Assembly (NCBI RefSeq): GCF_902459465.1
Contig: NC_047067.1
Location: 15,252,001-15,316,000 of the forward strand
Source: Asterias rubens
Taxonomy: Eukaryota
DNA length: 64,000 nucleotides
Direction: 5' to 3'
Part shown: in pieces, positions 52,462 to 64,000 of the stretch
How the letters are laid out: the number at the start of each line of letters is the position of its first letter
Position numbering within the stretch: position 1 is the stretch's first letter
The notes under the pieces: generated by a model
Told to the model about the DNA's origin: nothing
The model's input: only the letters and a program-made list of their open reading frames with translations
The model's database searches: none
Translations under genes and position numbers: made by a program

Positions 52462-52852
52462 TTAAAGGCAGTGGACACTATTGGTAATTACTCAAAATAA
52501 TTATTAGCATAAAACCTTTCTTGGTGACGAGTAATGGGGAGAGGTTGGTGGTAAAAAGCCTTGTGAGAAACGGCTCCCTCTGAAGTGGAGTAGTTTTCGA
52601 GAAAGAAGTAAATTTCAACGAATTTGATTTCGCGACCTCAAGTTTAGAATTTGAGGTCCTGAAATCAAGCATCTGAATGCACACAACTTCGTGTGACAAG
52701 GGTGTTTTTTCTTTCATTATTATCTCGCAACTTCGACGACCAATCGAGCTCAAATTTTCACAGGTTTGTTATTTTATGCATATGTTGAGATACAGCAAGT
52801 GAGAAGACTGGTCTTTGACAATTACCAATTGAATAGTGTCCACTGGCTTTAA
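52462..52852. mobile_element. Kolobok-like MITE family A copy
   Basis: TTAA-flanked TIRs. Confidence 0.9.
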
Positions 52853-54920
52853 ACCTCTAGAAGTTACTGCTTATAAGAAAACAGAGCAGCTTCTGTTCAA
52901 CTATTTTGAAAGGGTGATTTTCTTAAGCCCGGCAGCATTTCTAGAATTTCATATTTTCTTGTATTGATTCCGATGTGTTTTGATTTGGTAGGCATGTAGA
53001 CTTGAGGACAAGTCGTTAATGGTCTGCCGGGATGAGATAGTCGAGTCGTGGTGGTGGCGTAATGATCAAGTTTTCTGCGATCGAATACTGCTCTCGCATG
53101 ATCAATGCTCTTGCAGGAAGCTGCTGGCTGCCGAATACTCGCAGAGCGCTAATGCAGTAGTCTGAACCGAGGTAGTAGTCTTGCGAGAGCATTGCAAGTG
53201 TCGCGAGAATTGCTGTGATAACGACTTGCCAACAAGTCTAGTAGGCATTGGGTTAGAGTGGTGTAGCTCAACAGCCTATTCTACCTATGTAGTACCTATC
53301 CATGCAGTTCAGTTTCTGATTTCAGTCATTTTCTCTTCATGCATCGATGCTTCACTCATCCAATTCATAAACATGAACTAAAATTTAAACAATTAACAAA
53401 TTTGCATTAATTAGTCTATGCATTAAAAGTAAGTGTTTTTTTTAACCTACTGTAGCCTACATACCTAACACAATAGCTTTACTTTAAATAGATCCAATAG
53501 CTCAGCAGAAATACAAGTTAAAATAATAATAGAGGTTTAACTGAAAGTAGTTGGGATACTTTGTGTTTAGAAAATCAAGTGAAAAACTATTACAATATCT
53601 ATTTCATTCAAATCAATTTCTTTCAATCACAATATAATTTAAATATAAATAACAACATTTATTCATTATAAATCTTATTATATATTTTAAATAAATCTTC
53701 ATACAATTTTATGATTAATCTCACAACCTTGTAAGCAGATGGCAAAGACAATGTCTCGTTGTGGTTTCTTGTGGTACCTTATTGGTTCCTGTGGTTCCTT
53801 GTGGCATAAACGCTAAAATAGTTAGTATTTGAACTAATATAATTCTTGAAATTGTAAACACTGCACCAAACCCTTCAGTCAGATATTACTCAAATACTGA
53901 GAAACATTTAACATAAATTTTAACAAAGTAAATACAAAAATCGTTGTATGTTCACTTTGCAATCTGAAAATTGTATAATCTATCTTCCACTGATGATGCT
54001 TATCGCAAGTAGCAGAGCTCAATTTCATAGAGCTGCTTAGCAACAAATAGTTTCTTAACAATTTTCAGAAATGAGCCGGATACCAGTCACACATTGTACA
54101 TGTGACATGTTATTTTGGCGTGTAACCATATTCTGGTAAGCATATTTTGTTATGCTCAGCTTATTTTGTGTTAAAGCAGCTCAGTGAAATTGGGCCAAGG
54201 TGGTTTTGCCAAGCACCCATATGCTCATCTGAATTCCAATCTGCTAGCCTAGAAGTGGCAGCAGATTTGTCAATACTACCACTAGGCACTAATGTACTTC
54301 AGCTTGATCCTAGAACAGTATGCATACTGTGAAGTACATGTAGCTGTAGTTCTACACACAGTCCCAATGAATGATGTACCTTATCTTGGTTCTAGTGAAG
54401 CACAAATATCAGTAACAATGCATTTTTTCACATCACTTATGTGTGCGGCATATCTTAAATCTTAAAGAACAAGTATACCAAAAGCAATAGATTTTCTCAA
54501 ACGTTTTATCCTACATGTATTTGAACTTTATAAAAAAAAAAACATACGAACATTCTGCGAAAACAGCACCAAATTATGAGGTCAGGTTTTCCTGAAGGCA
54601 AACAAAAATCACAGTTGATGCTTTGTCAAGGAAATATTTTTTGCTTACTCATTCATGATTTGTAAAATCCAAACAACATTTGAGGGAAACATTCTGCAAA
54701 ACAGCAGTTTTTCAGGAGGGCAGATTTGACGGGGCAAATAGTATCTGCCAAAAGGCAGTATTACAGGTGGCAGATTTCTCAGGGCAGTTGGTTACTGTCT
54801 GTATAAAAAAGTAAGCTTACACATTAAACATGGTTATTTTACCTTTCCGCTCTTCACAACCATGGATCATAATTTTTAACAATGCATCATAAATTTAAAT
54901 ACTGTTTCTTGTTGATTTCA

Positions 54921-57900
54921 TCATAATATACATTCTTGGCATAAGGCTACTTGCCCTTTGATGTAAGTTCTGCACGGACAGATTCGTCTCAAATCTTGAT
55001 CCTGTCCAGCGCAGCTAAATAAAAGGCTATTGGTTTGTATTTTACAGGATGATAATACTGGATTGATTGCTGGCACATACACCTCATCAACTTCATCCAC
55101 AGTCTTGCACTCTGCACCAAACTTTCTGTAATATAAGAAAGAATTAAAACAAATCAACAAATTAAGTACAAATGGTAGCCTAAACACTTTGAGGTTTGTG
55201 AATTACGCCAGAGAGTGGCCTTGAGTCAATATTCTGATCGCTGCTTCTGTACAACCAATACCTGTCCTTATCCTTGCGTATAAGGACAGGGTACCAGTCT
55301 AGTCCAACGGGAGACTTTTGATGACACTAGGTGGCAGCAGACTTACCAGGTAAATTTCTACTGTTTCCGTATATCTTAGCATACACACATTACTAAGAAC
55401 AATGGATTTACCAGGTAAGTCTGCTGCCACATTGTGCCATCAAAAGTCTCCCATTGTTTAAACTAAGAGTGATATAAAATTCAAAGCATTTTCTTCGCTG
55501 AAGTTTCTGCTCATTTGATTTTTTTTAAAGTAATTATGGTAGCGATACACCTATACCGTCAACATGTTGGAAATGAAAAAACAGCAGATTTTGCGCCCTT
55601 TTTTCATGGTCAGTTGACCAGCTAATGTGAATGTTCACCTGTACATTCCATTGTGAGGTATGCACCTACTGTTCTACTCTTTGTTTCCCGTGTACGAGGG
55701 ACAGATGGTAATGGAATTCATGCTCAAAATCTCCATTTTTCTAGGGGTTATTGTGAATCCCTGATTCCAGACCTTTGTCCGTTTGCCATAACAAAAATTG
55801 GCTTACATTAATGGACAAGCTGCCACCTCCATTTATCATTAAGTTGGAGTGGTAAAAGATTCCAGCAGATCTTTGCAGATTTTCAGCCCTGGCTTTCGGT
55901 AAAGGTTTATACACGTATTTTCTCTCAAGAGAATGACAAACCCTGGTTTGTATTATGAAAATGATTGTTGATTTCTTTTGTCGTAGCAGGGTTTCATTGT
56001 GGCCATAAATAATTCACCTTACTTGGTAACCAGTAATGGGGAGAGGTTGATAGTATAAAACGTGTGAAAAACGGCTTCCTCTGAAGTAACGTAGTTTTCT
56101 AGAGAGAAGTAATTTTTCACGAATTTGATTTTGAGACCTCAGATTTAGAATTTGAGGTCTCGAAATCAAGCATCTGAAATCACACAACTTCGTGTGACAA
56201 GGGCGTTTTTCTTTCATTATTATCTCGCAACTTCGACCACCAATTGAGCTCAATTGTTCACAGGTTTGTTATTTTATGCATATGTTGAGATACACCAAGT
56301 GAGAAGACTGATCGTTGACAATTACCAAAGGTGTCCAGTGTCTTTAACTCAAGAAACTCAGTGAAAAATGTGGTGAAACACATTGAGATGTATGAACATT
56401 AATACTCACTTTTCAATGACATCTTTATAATTCAGATGATGAAACCATGTTGGTTCACAAATTAAATCTGGATAACAAAAAACGAATAAAACAAATTAAT
56501 ATGAACACATAATTAATAGAATCAATCAAATACATGTACAAACCCTAGACATGACGGCTAGTCACATTCATTAATACCAGCCAGTAAACATAACTCAATG
56601 ACTACCGGTATATACTCAAATACTTTATCAGAAATATACAATTTTGAAATAAATATAAGTAGGCCTAACTTATCATTAAACAAAGTTTTAGGATAGAACT
56701 TGAAATACAATTTGCATATGAGATTTCCAGTACCGAGCAAATGTCTTTATTTTTCAGTAACTGAAAATCAAAATGGAAAACAATGAGTGGCGTTTGTTTG
56801 TAAACATTTAAATCCTGAAAGTTTACCTCCTAAAGCTTAAAGAGAGACTCGCACTACATGAATGTCATTGAAAAACTCAAAGAAAAATTGCATTGCTAAC
56901 CCTTGCAAACTCCCCCCCAAAAACACATTACTTGGGAAATAGCTAAGCATACTTGGGAGTAGGGTTAAGCAAAATAACCAAGGGATAGCTTATTGAGCAT
57001 GCTTTTTCCCCCAGGAAAAACGTTACACAATACTATAAAGCCTAAGGCTTTACATCCCATACACGTTAAGCCTAAGGCTTTACATCCCATCCGAAGGACA
57101 AAGCAATAATGGTCAAGTGTCATGCATAAGTGTTTAAGACTTGCGACTCGAACCCACACTCTGCTGATCAGAAACATAGGAGCTCAGCCATGACACGCCA
57201 AATAACATTAACATTTTTTAACATAGCACATCTAATAATATTAAAGCAGATTTCATTCTGGAAATTTAAAGAAATTCAAGTCCGACATTGATATCACATT
57301 AGGACTTACCATCCTCCATACATCTCTTTTTGCAGGATTGGTTCAACTTAGATGTTCTTATGTGCATTGCTGATTTAGGTGGCCAGGAATTGGGATGATT
57401 GCAGAAATCCTGTAAGAGATAAATGCAATTGAGTCAGTTGCGGTTTGTGTTGGCTAAACATATATAGTACTTTGATCGCAATAAGAATTGTTAATTGTTA
57501 TGCAGTATACAACAGGGAAAATAGGATCACAATTTTATGTTTATAAAAACAAAAATACAGTTATCAAGCTGTTTTGCTAATAAAAATGGACGAAAGTGTA
57601 AATTATATGTTATGTTCACATCCATGCATAGTGTGCCTTGAAAACTTTGAAATAGAAAGCGCCCTCAGTTTACAAATAAATGATCTTGTATAAAAAACCT
57701 AAATTTTCGAATTGGGTGTTTTGCCAAGGAAGTGCAGCGTACACCAATATAGAATTTACAAAATTTGATGAGGATGGTTTTTAAAATGCATGAAAATGGT
57801 GACATTATCACTTTGTAATATAGCTCCAAACATTTGGGCCAGATACAAAACACAATCTTCAGGTCGTTTATCTACAATCTTTACTAACTAAATCTATGTT

Positions 57901-60900
57901 CCCATTGGACTTTGTTTGATTTAAAAGTAACACAACTTTTCTGTAGAATGACAAAACTAATCCATTGACTTCCCTGTACCACAACCAAGATGTCAAATTA
58001 GCAGGGCGAAAGAAGTCGCGGAAGACTTCCATGCAGCCACAGGAACTTAACAGTGCTCCCAAAAAGTCTAATGGGAGACTTTTAGAAGGTCCTTTTTCAC
58101 AATATTGCACGTTCTCAGACCTACGCGCTCAGTGCCGAGCATGCTCACGCACGCTCAGAGCCGCAAAAAAACCCAACTGTATGTCTGCTGCCGCCAGCAT
58201 CTCAAAAGTCTCCCATTAATCCTACCGTGACTATATGTTAAGTGGGAACGCACGGTACAAATACACTATAGCCAGTCATGGTAACTTTTCGCAAGGCAGC
58301 AGAAGAACAAGTCCAATGAGAACACAGCTCGAGATCTTTACCTGATTTGAGATGTAGGCATTTAATCTCTGCAGCATTCCTTCACATTGGAATTCATAAG
58401 GTAGGTAGGGCTGAGGTGAATCCACTCTGCTGATTTCATCAATGGCTTCTTGAACAGCGGAGGAGTTCTGAACATTAATAGTCCATACATGTGGCTTGCC
58501 AATGTATACCTCTGCATACGGATGCTGGGATGTCAACTGTTTTAAAGAATGAGAATATAAATACATATTTAGTGGCTTTATATATAGCGCTCATTTTCGT
58601 CACTCAGCTTCAACATTCAGTATTTTCCTGCAAGGTATGTGGGACTACATTACAATTATGAGACCTCCTTTTACATAGCACCATGTCATGGTTTACTCGG
58701 TGCTGTGGCACAGTAAGCTGCTGATCAAACCAGGGGCAAACCCCTTCTCATTGCAATAAGTGCACTGAGATCTTGTTCGTGCATTACACAACACGCAGGA
58801 CCAAACAGCTTTACGTCCCATCCAAAGGAAGAAGCAGCGAGGTTAAGTGTCTTGCTTAAGGACACAGGTGTTACCGCTGGGACTCGAACCCACACTCTGC
58901 TGATCAGAAACACCAGAGCTTGAGTCCGGTGCTCTTTAAAAACCGCTAGGCCATGACATGCCACATATACATAAACATAAAATGATAAACCAAGAGGGAA
59001 AGGATTGGGTAAGTTTTAAATAATTTGGGGTTGAACAAAGACATTTTTATTAAAACGGGGTTTTAACCAACGACCTACAAATAAATGTGCCGCCACTCTA
59101 CCATATGAGCTATCTAGCCATATGTTGGTGGTCTACCTATTTATTCAATATCTTCGTTCGAGGGTACCAGTCGAAAGCCATACAACCTGGGAAGCAGCAG
59201 CCAACAAACTGCATCAACAAAATATCTAGTCAAAATATCTAGATCTTGACAAAATAGGGAGACCGCTGACATAGGGCTAGATAGCTCAGCTGGTAGGGCA
59301 CTAGCACGTTAATCTTAATGTCATTGACATTGGTTTAATCCTGTTCAAGCCAATACTTTGTTCAACCTAAAATGTTTGAAAAAATGTGTGAAAATTACAT
59401 CATGTAGATGTCCCTTTTAAAGGTTCTATCAAGTAATATGTTTTCATTTTTTTTGGCTTAGTCATGTCAGTGTGGTTTTGGATTAATAACACTTTCTATG
59501 TTAAGTATCAAGTTAATAACCACAGTTTTTTTTTTTTTTTGAGTCTGTAACTTTAATTTTTCCATTTTGATATCGCCTGCTGGCATGCTTTCATAACGTT
59601 GAACAAAGCATTGAATGACAATGCAAACTGCTCTACCAGCTAGGCTCCTAGTGGATGATACCCATGCCTACATCCTTACATGAAGGGGGTAACCCTGTTT
59701 CAGCCCCAAGAGTAGGTACATGTAGCAACATACCCCTGGTGGTAGTTGATTTAGTTCCATAGCCCAAATCGTTAGCCCTCACAATGAAGTGGCCAATTGG
59801 CCTAGTGATGTTAGGCAATCTCTCACAAAAAAAAATCAACAAAATCAATACATGTTTTTCTTTTCTTTCATCACACTTGACATAATTGTGCAAAAACAAA
59901 CGCACATAAGCACGTCACAATGAGATAATGTTTGAATGTAAACACATACCTCCCTCTCAGTTGGCTTGTTCTTGAAGAACTTGGTATTAGATTTACTCTT
60001 TGGTGGTCCAAATGATGGGTTGAGGAACATACAGCCATTAGCAATAGCTTCCAATGGTGCTGGGCCTTCATAAGGAAACCCTAGTCCAATAAAAAGCTAA
60101 AACAGAGAAAAGCAATTATGGTCAGGAAAACAGTTCAAAAGCAAATGAAACTTAATTAGGATCAAAATAAAATCAAAACTATGCAGCAAAAAGTTGTATA
60201 GTTTAATTTAGCAATAAGTGTATCTTCAAAGATTTCTCCTACTGCTTGAGTGTGTTCAGGTAAGTACAATAAGATTGAAAATTTAACAATAAACTTAGCA
60301 ATTTCAAGAAATTAGAAAGATAAATATTAATAAATGCATAAAATGACACTTTAATTAATAGGGTTAAAGTGCGAGGACCAGGAATATTTATTTAGTACCA
60401 ATTGGTTGAGTAGAAGGAAACTGGTTGTCCTTGGACAATGTTCAAGAGGTTACACATCAAACACAATATTTAGAAGTGATCAAGATTAATGACAAATTGC
60501 ATGGAACCAAACATATTAATATTTATTTGTATGTATAAGATGTGACCTTGCTGCCTAGAACCAAACAAATTATAAATGCTATACTCTAAAGTTAGTTGTA
60601 GGTAAAGTCGATTCACAAGCAACGCTAGTCATTTAATGGTCTAAAAAACATTTTCAGCAACAAGCCCTGTGTTCTTGTGGGTTCCCCTAGAACCCCCCCC
60701 CCCCCAAAAAAAAAAAATAAATAAATAAAAACGTATGCTTGACACAGCGCAAAACCAAAACCCTAACTGCCAGTATATATATATCGGAAATTTTCTAATG
60801 AAGTTATATCCTTGCTACACAATGGGAAACTTTGAGACGGTGGTGGCAGCAGACATAAGAGTCCTTTTATTGCAGCTCTGAGCATGCAGGCACATGCGCA

Positions 60901-63727
60901 GAGGTCTGAGCATGCAGGCACATGCGCAGAGGTCTGAGCATGCAGGCACATGCGCAGAGGTCTGAGCATGCAGGCACATGCACAGAGGTCTGAGCATGCA
61001 GGCACATGCGCAGAGGTCTGAGCATGCAGGCACATGCGCAGAGGTCTGAGCATGCAGGCACATGCGCAGAGGTCTGAGCATGCAGGCACATGCGCAGAGG
61101 TCTGAGCATGCAGGCACATGCGCAGAGGTCTGAGCATGCAGGCACATGCGCAGAGGTCTGAGCATGGCAATTATGGCAAGAACTGTAAAAAAAGGAGCGT
61201 ACACAAGTCTCCCATTGGGTCCAAGTGACATTTTTACCTTTGTTTCTTTAAGTAGATGCTGAAGATCATGTACTGAGAGTATGCCATGATTGTGTATATA
61301 GGATGGTACAGCATCCACCTCTTCAGTTTGATTCTGATCAACATGAACAGTCGCATGAATCTCAAACCTCTGATTAATAATCTCCAGAAACTTATGTGCA
61401 TTCGCTTCCTGTTAGAAAAACAAACAGAATAATTAAGTAGGATTTGAAACTTTGCATTGTGGAAATACGATATGGAAAGATTTGCGGTAACACCAGGTAA
61501 TGACTATTACTAATGAGAAGAATGATATCATGCAAGTCTATATTCATGTTAACTACACATTTCCTCATTCTATCACATGTTTATTATAACCAACAAAAAA
61601 CAGTCTTATCCGAGTTGTTGCTTGTTCAGCAGTTTGTTTCAGTTTGAAACAGACCTAGAATTTTCAAGGATTTGGGTCACAATGCTTTGAATCGCTATAC
61701 ACTGACAAGTTAATTGATTGCTCTTCTGGTATCACTGCACAGTAACTCAATGTTCACTTGATAAATCTGTGAACATTTCATTCTAAAAGGGGGTAGCGTT
61801 TTTGAGAATCCGGAGCGGTTATGTCATGGCAGGAAGAAAAACCTTTCAGACAGAAAAACTCCTCAGATTCAAATTCTTTCGGACAAAAATTTATATCCTT
61901 TGCACATAACCACATTGCTCAATGAGCGAATAGATTCTAAAAGTGCTTTATGCAATCGAAAGCTACTGTACTTCAAACCAAGTTAGTTTTTCTGCCAATA
62001 GTCTTTAAGAGTGATTACGAAATGTATACGTTCCTTTAAAGGCAGTGGACATTATTGGTAATTACTCAAAATAATTATTAGCATAAAACCTATTGGTAAC
62101 AAGGTTTAAAGGCAGTAGACATACTTGGTAATTACTCAAAATAATTATTAGCATACAAACTTAATGGTAACAAGCAATGGAGAGCTGTTGATAGTATCAA
62201 ACATTGTGAGAAACGGCTCCCTCTGAAGTAATAACACACATGAAGTCTTCAAGAAAGATGTTATTTTCCATGAATTTGATTTCGAGACCTCAGAATTAGA
62301 TTTTGAGGTTCCAAAATCAAGCATCCAAAAGCACACAACTTCATGTGACAAGGGTGTTTTTTCTTCAATTATTTTCTCGCAACTTCGATGACCAATTGAG
62401 TTCAAATTTTCACAGGTTTGTTATTTTGTGCATATGTTGAGATACACCAAGTGGGATTACTGGTCTTCGACAATTACCAATAGTGTCCAGTGCCTTTAAA
62501 GGCAGTGGACACTATTGGTAATTACTCAAAATAAAACCTTACTTGGTAACAAGTGATGGGGAGAGGTTGATGGTATAAAACATTGTGAGTAACGGCTCCC
62601 TCTGAAGTGACATAGTTTTTGAGAAAGAAGTAATTTTCCACGTATTTTGATTTCGAGACCTCAAGTTTAGAATTTGAGGTCTCGAAATCAAGCATCTGAA
62701 AGCACACAACTTCATTTGACACGGGCGTTTTTTCTTTCATTATTATCTCGCAACATCGAAGACCAATTTAACTCAAATTTTCACAGGTTTGTTATTTTAT
62801 GCATATGTTGACATACATTAAGTGACAACACTGGTCTTTGACAATTACCAATAGTGTCCACTGCCTTTAAAGAATGAGTAAATAAGCATTGGTCTATATA
62901 TAATAAAGACTGAGGGATTTAAGATTGATGTAATTAACAAAGCAAGAACCCTACCTTCCACATGTAAGACATCTTGCCATATACCAAGGCTTTGTTGTCT
63001 CTTTTCCTAGATTTCTTTGTTTGAGTTTCTTCATTGTTTTCAACAACAAAACCCATGTAAGAGTTATCAGGAGTGTGGGCTGAGGACAAAGAAGATAAGA
63101 AAACATTTGTTTTTGGATAATATGAACAACTTGGAAGTCACATCTTGAGACGTTTGCAGTACCGAAATTGAAGCATCCCTTTAAAAATGTCCACAGATTT
63201 ACATTAAACTCACAGGATGTGAAGATAATAGTAGTGGAAAGCTTCCCTTCAAATATACTTCTAACTGGGGTTCTGTAGTTTCTGAGAAATTTGTAAACAA
63301 GTTACCAAAAATAAATTTGTCGCAGCGAGACAAAAACTATTTTAGCATGTAAAATCGCATTTACCAGTTATGGTATTAACAGGTTATGGTGTAAACAGGT
63401 TAAACTGTTTTTTAAACGCTTCTAAAATGAACTAAATCGGCGGGTGGATAAAAAACGCGGTAAGTAATACATGTACGTTTACAAAAGAAGAAAAAAAGTA
63501 CATTTAAAGGAAAATTGAGTAAACTCTGTGGAATAGTCTTTAGTACCGTCTCATATACACTTTTTGTTTAAGTAAGCAGCTTAAGTAACTTACGAAACAT
63601 GGTAAAGAATTGTGTTGGGAGTAGTTCCCAGCCTCCCCAGTCAGTTTTCCGGCCTGTTCTCTTCATGTACTTGCGGATGTTGTAGGCTGGTTCCGTGCCA
63701 AACGAATCTATAACTCGCAGCATACAA
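54921..63727 (-). CDS. MGAT5: Alpha-1,6-mannosylglycoprotein 6-beta-N-acetylglucosaminyltransferase (GnT-V, GT18), 3' part; exons 63727-63594, 63079-62955, 61408-61238, 60096-59950, 58536-58342, 57409-57310, 56467-56410, 55125-54921
   Basis: The exons are phase-consistent with GT-AG boundaries. They translate to CMLRVIDSFGTEP...QFFTMFP|HTPDNSYMGFVVE...LVYGK..MWK|...IHATV...PSYIHNHGILS...LLKETK|LFIGLGFPYEGPAPLEAIANGC.FLNP...KPTERE|LTSQHPYAEVYIGKPHVWT...PYLPYEFQCEGMLQRLNA..NQ|DFC...WPP...QSCK|LICEPTWFHHLN|...LLFSCAG...RICPCRTYIKGQVALCQECIL*, which are hallmark MGAT5 motifs. MGAT5 versus MGAT5B cannot be settled without a phylogeny. Confidence 0.95.
55305..55456. mobile_element. MITE family D
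   Basis: Same TIRs as 17028-17177. Confidence 0.85.
57040..57199 (-). mobile_element. tRNA-derived SINE (partial)
   Basis: GGTTCGAGTCGC B box and CGTCCTTCGGATGGGATGTAAAG core; same family as 58700-58963. Confidence 0.75.
58069..58218. mobile_element. MITE family D
   Basis: TAATGGGAGACTTT...AAAGTCTCCCATTA; interior contains units resembling the 28-bp minisatellite. Confidence 0.8.
58700..58963 (-). mobile_element. tRNA-derived SINE
   Basis: The minus strand has GGTTCGAGTCCC (B box), then GTGTCCTTAAGCAAGACACTTAAC, the CTTTGGATGGGACGTAAAG core and the AGAAGGGG tail motif. Confidence 0.8.
60820..61217. mobile_element. MITE family D relative carrying the 28-bp minisatellite
   Basis: CAATGGGAAACT..GGTGGCAGCAGAC left end and AAGTCTCCCATTG right end bracket the array. 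Confidence 0.78.
60877..61166. repeat. 28-bp minisatellite, 10 full copies + 10 bp (TCTGAGCATGCAGGCACATGCGCAGAGG)
   Basis: Units start every 28 bp from 60877; the only substitution I saw is G>A in copy 4. Confidence 0.97.
62036..62870. mobile_element. Tandem cluster of family A: fragment 62036-62100, copies 62106-62499 and 62496-62870
   Basis: The two full copies share a single TTAA (62496-62499). Confidence 0.9.
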
Positions 63728-64000
63728 CTGTTGAAGATTGACAAATGGCAAAATTAACAACATGTAGGTCAAGGAGTTTCAGTAGAAATGTAATTTAATG
63801 TTTAACTCTTTCAGTGCCGTTTTCTTTCTTTTTTGCGTTTTGAACCTAAAATAACCAGCTTTAAAACAGAAAGAGAAAAAAATTGTGTATTTATTTCTCA
63901 CAAAAAAAATGTATCTCAGGCATTACAGGGTGTCTTAAAAAAAAACTATACACTTTTGAAATTGATGCCGATTAACAAATTTGTATGATTCTGGGAGAAA

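Noticed and set aside
53000-53260. GC-rich block with recurring CTCGCA/TGCGAGA motifs
   Set aside because: Probably a decayed repeat; no ORF, TIR pair or second copy in the window supports a specific call.
60763-61318. Three overlapping Cys/His-rich repetitive ORFs; CRISPR-like appearance of the array
   Set aside because: These are translations of the 28-bp minisatellite (period 28 aa = 3 units) inside an MGAT5 intron. There are no unique spacers and no cas genes, and the context is eukaryotic.
12570-62740. Recurrent 60-90 aa ORF (MSSIGRRSCEIIMKEKTPLSHEVVCFQMLDFETS...) at 8298, 12570, 24923, 26663, 27780, 36487, 52478, 62148, 62522 and others
   Set aside because: It is one reading frame of the family A MITE interior. 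It occurs on either strand according to element orientation, many copies have frameshifts, and no domain is recognisable. It is not treated as a gene family.

Overview
This is AT-rich, intron-containing animal genomic DNA, most likely an echinoderm. Sea star is my inference from the repeat landscape; I did not confirm it with a search. No prokaryotic features were seen. Three spliced loci were reconstructed by hand from splice signals, exon phase and protein motifs. (1) The 3' six coding exons of syntaxin-17 (+, <1-5488). (2) A minus-strand gene with seven LDL-receptor class A exons and a short tail with no transmembrane segment (about 23931-13356); two of these exons are missing from the ORF track. 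A signal-peptide/prohormone-like first exon at 39508-39208 and several unassigned candidate exons at 38.8-28.3 kb may belong to this gene or to a separate one. (3) The 3' eight coding exons of an MGAT5/GnT-V N-acetylglucosaminyltransferase (-, 63727-54921). The rest is dense with non-autonomous transposons: more than 25 copies or fragments of a ~370-bp TTAA-flanked Kolobok-like MITE, several other MITE families, tRNA-derived SINEs, two 5'-truncated L2/CR1-group LINEs and tandem repeats. The best leads are the possibly processed, secreted LDLa protein, a triplicated STX17 exon end that may create a poison micro-exon, a 28-bp minisatellite expanded inside a MITE, and repeats carrying perfect GGTCAnnnTGACC palindromes.
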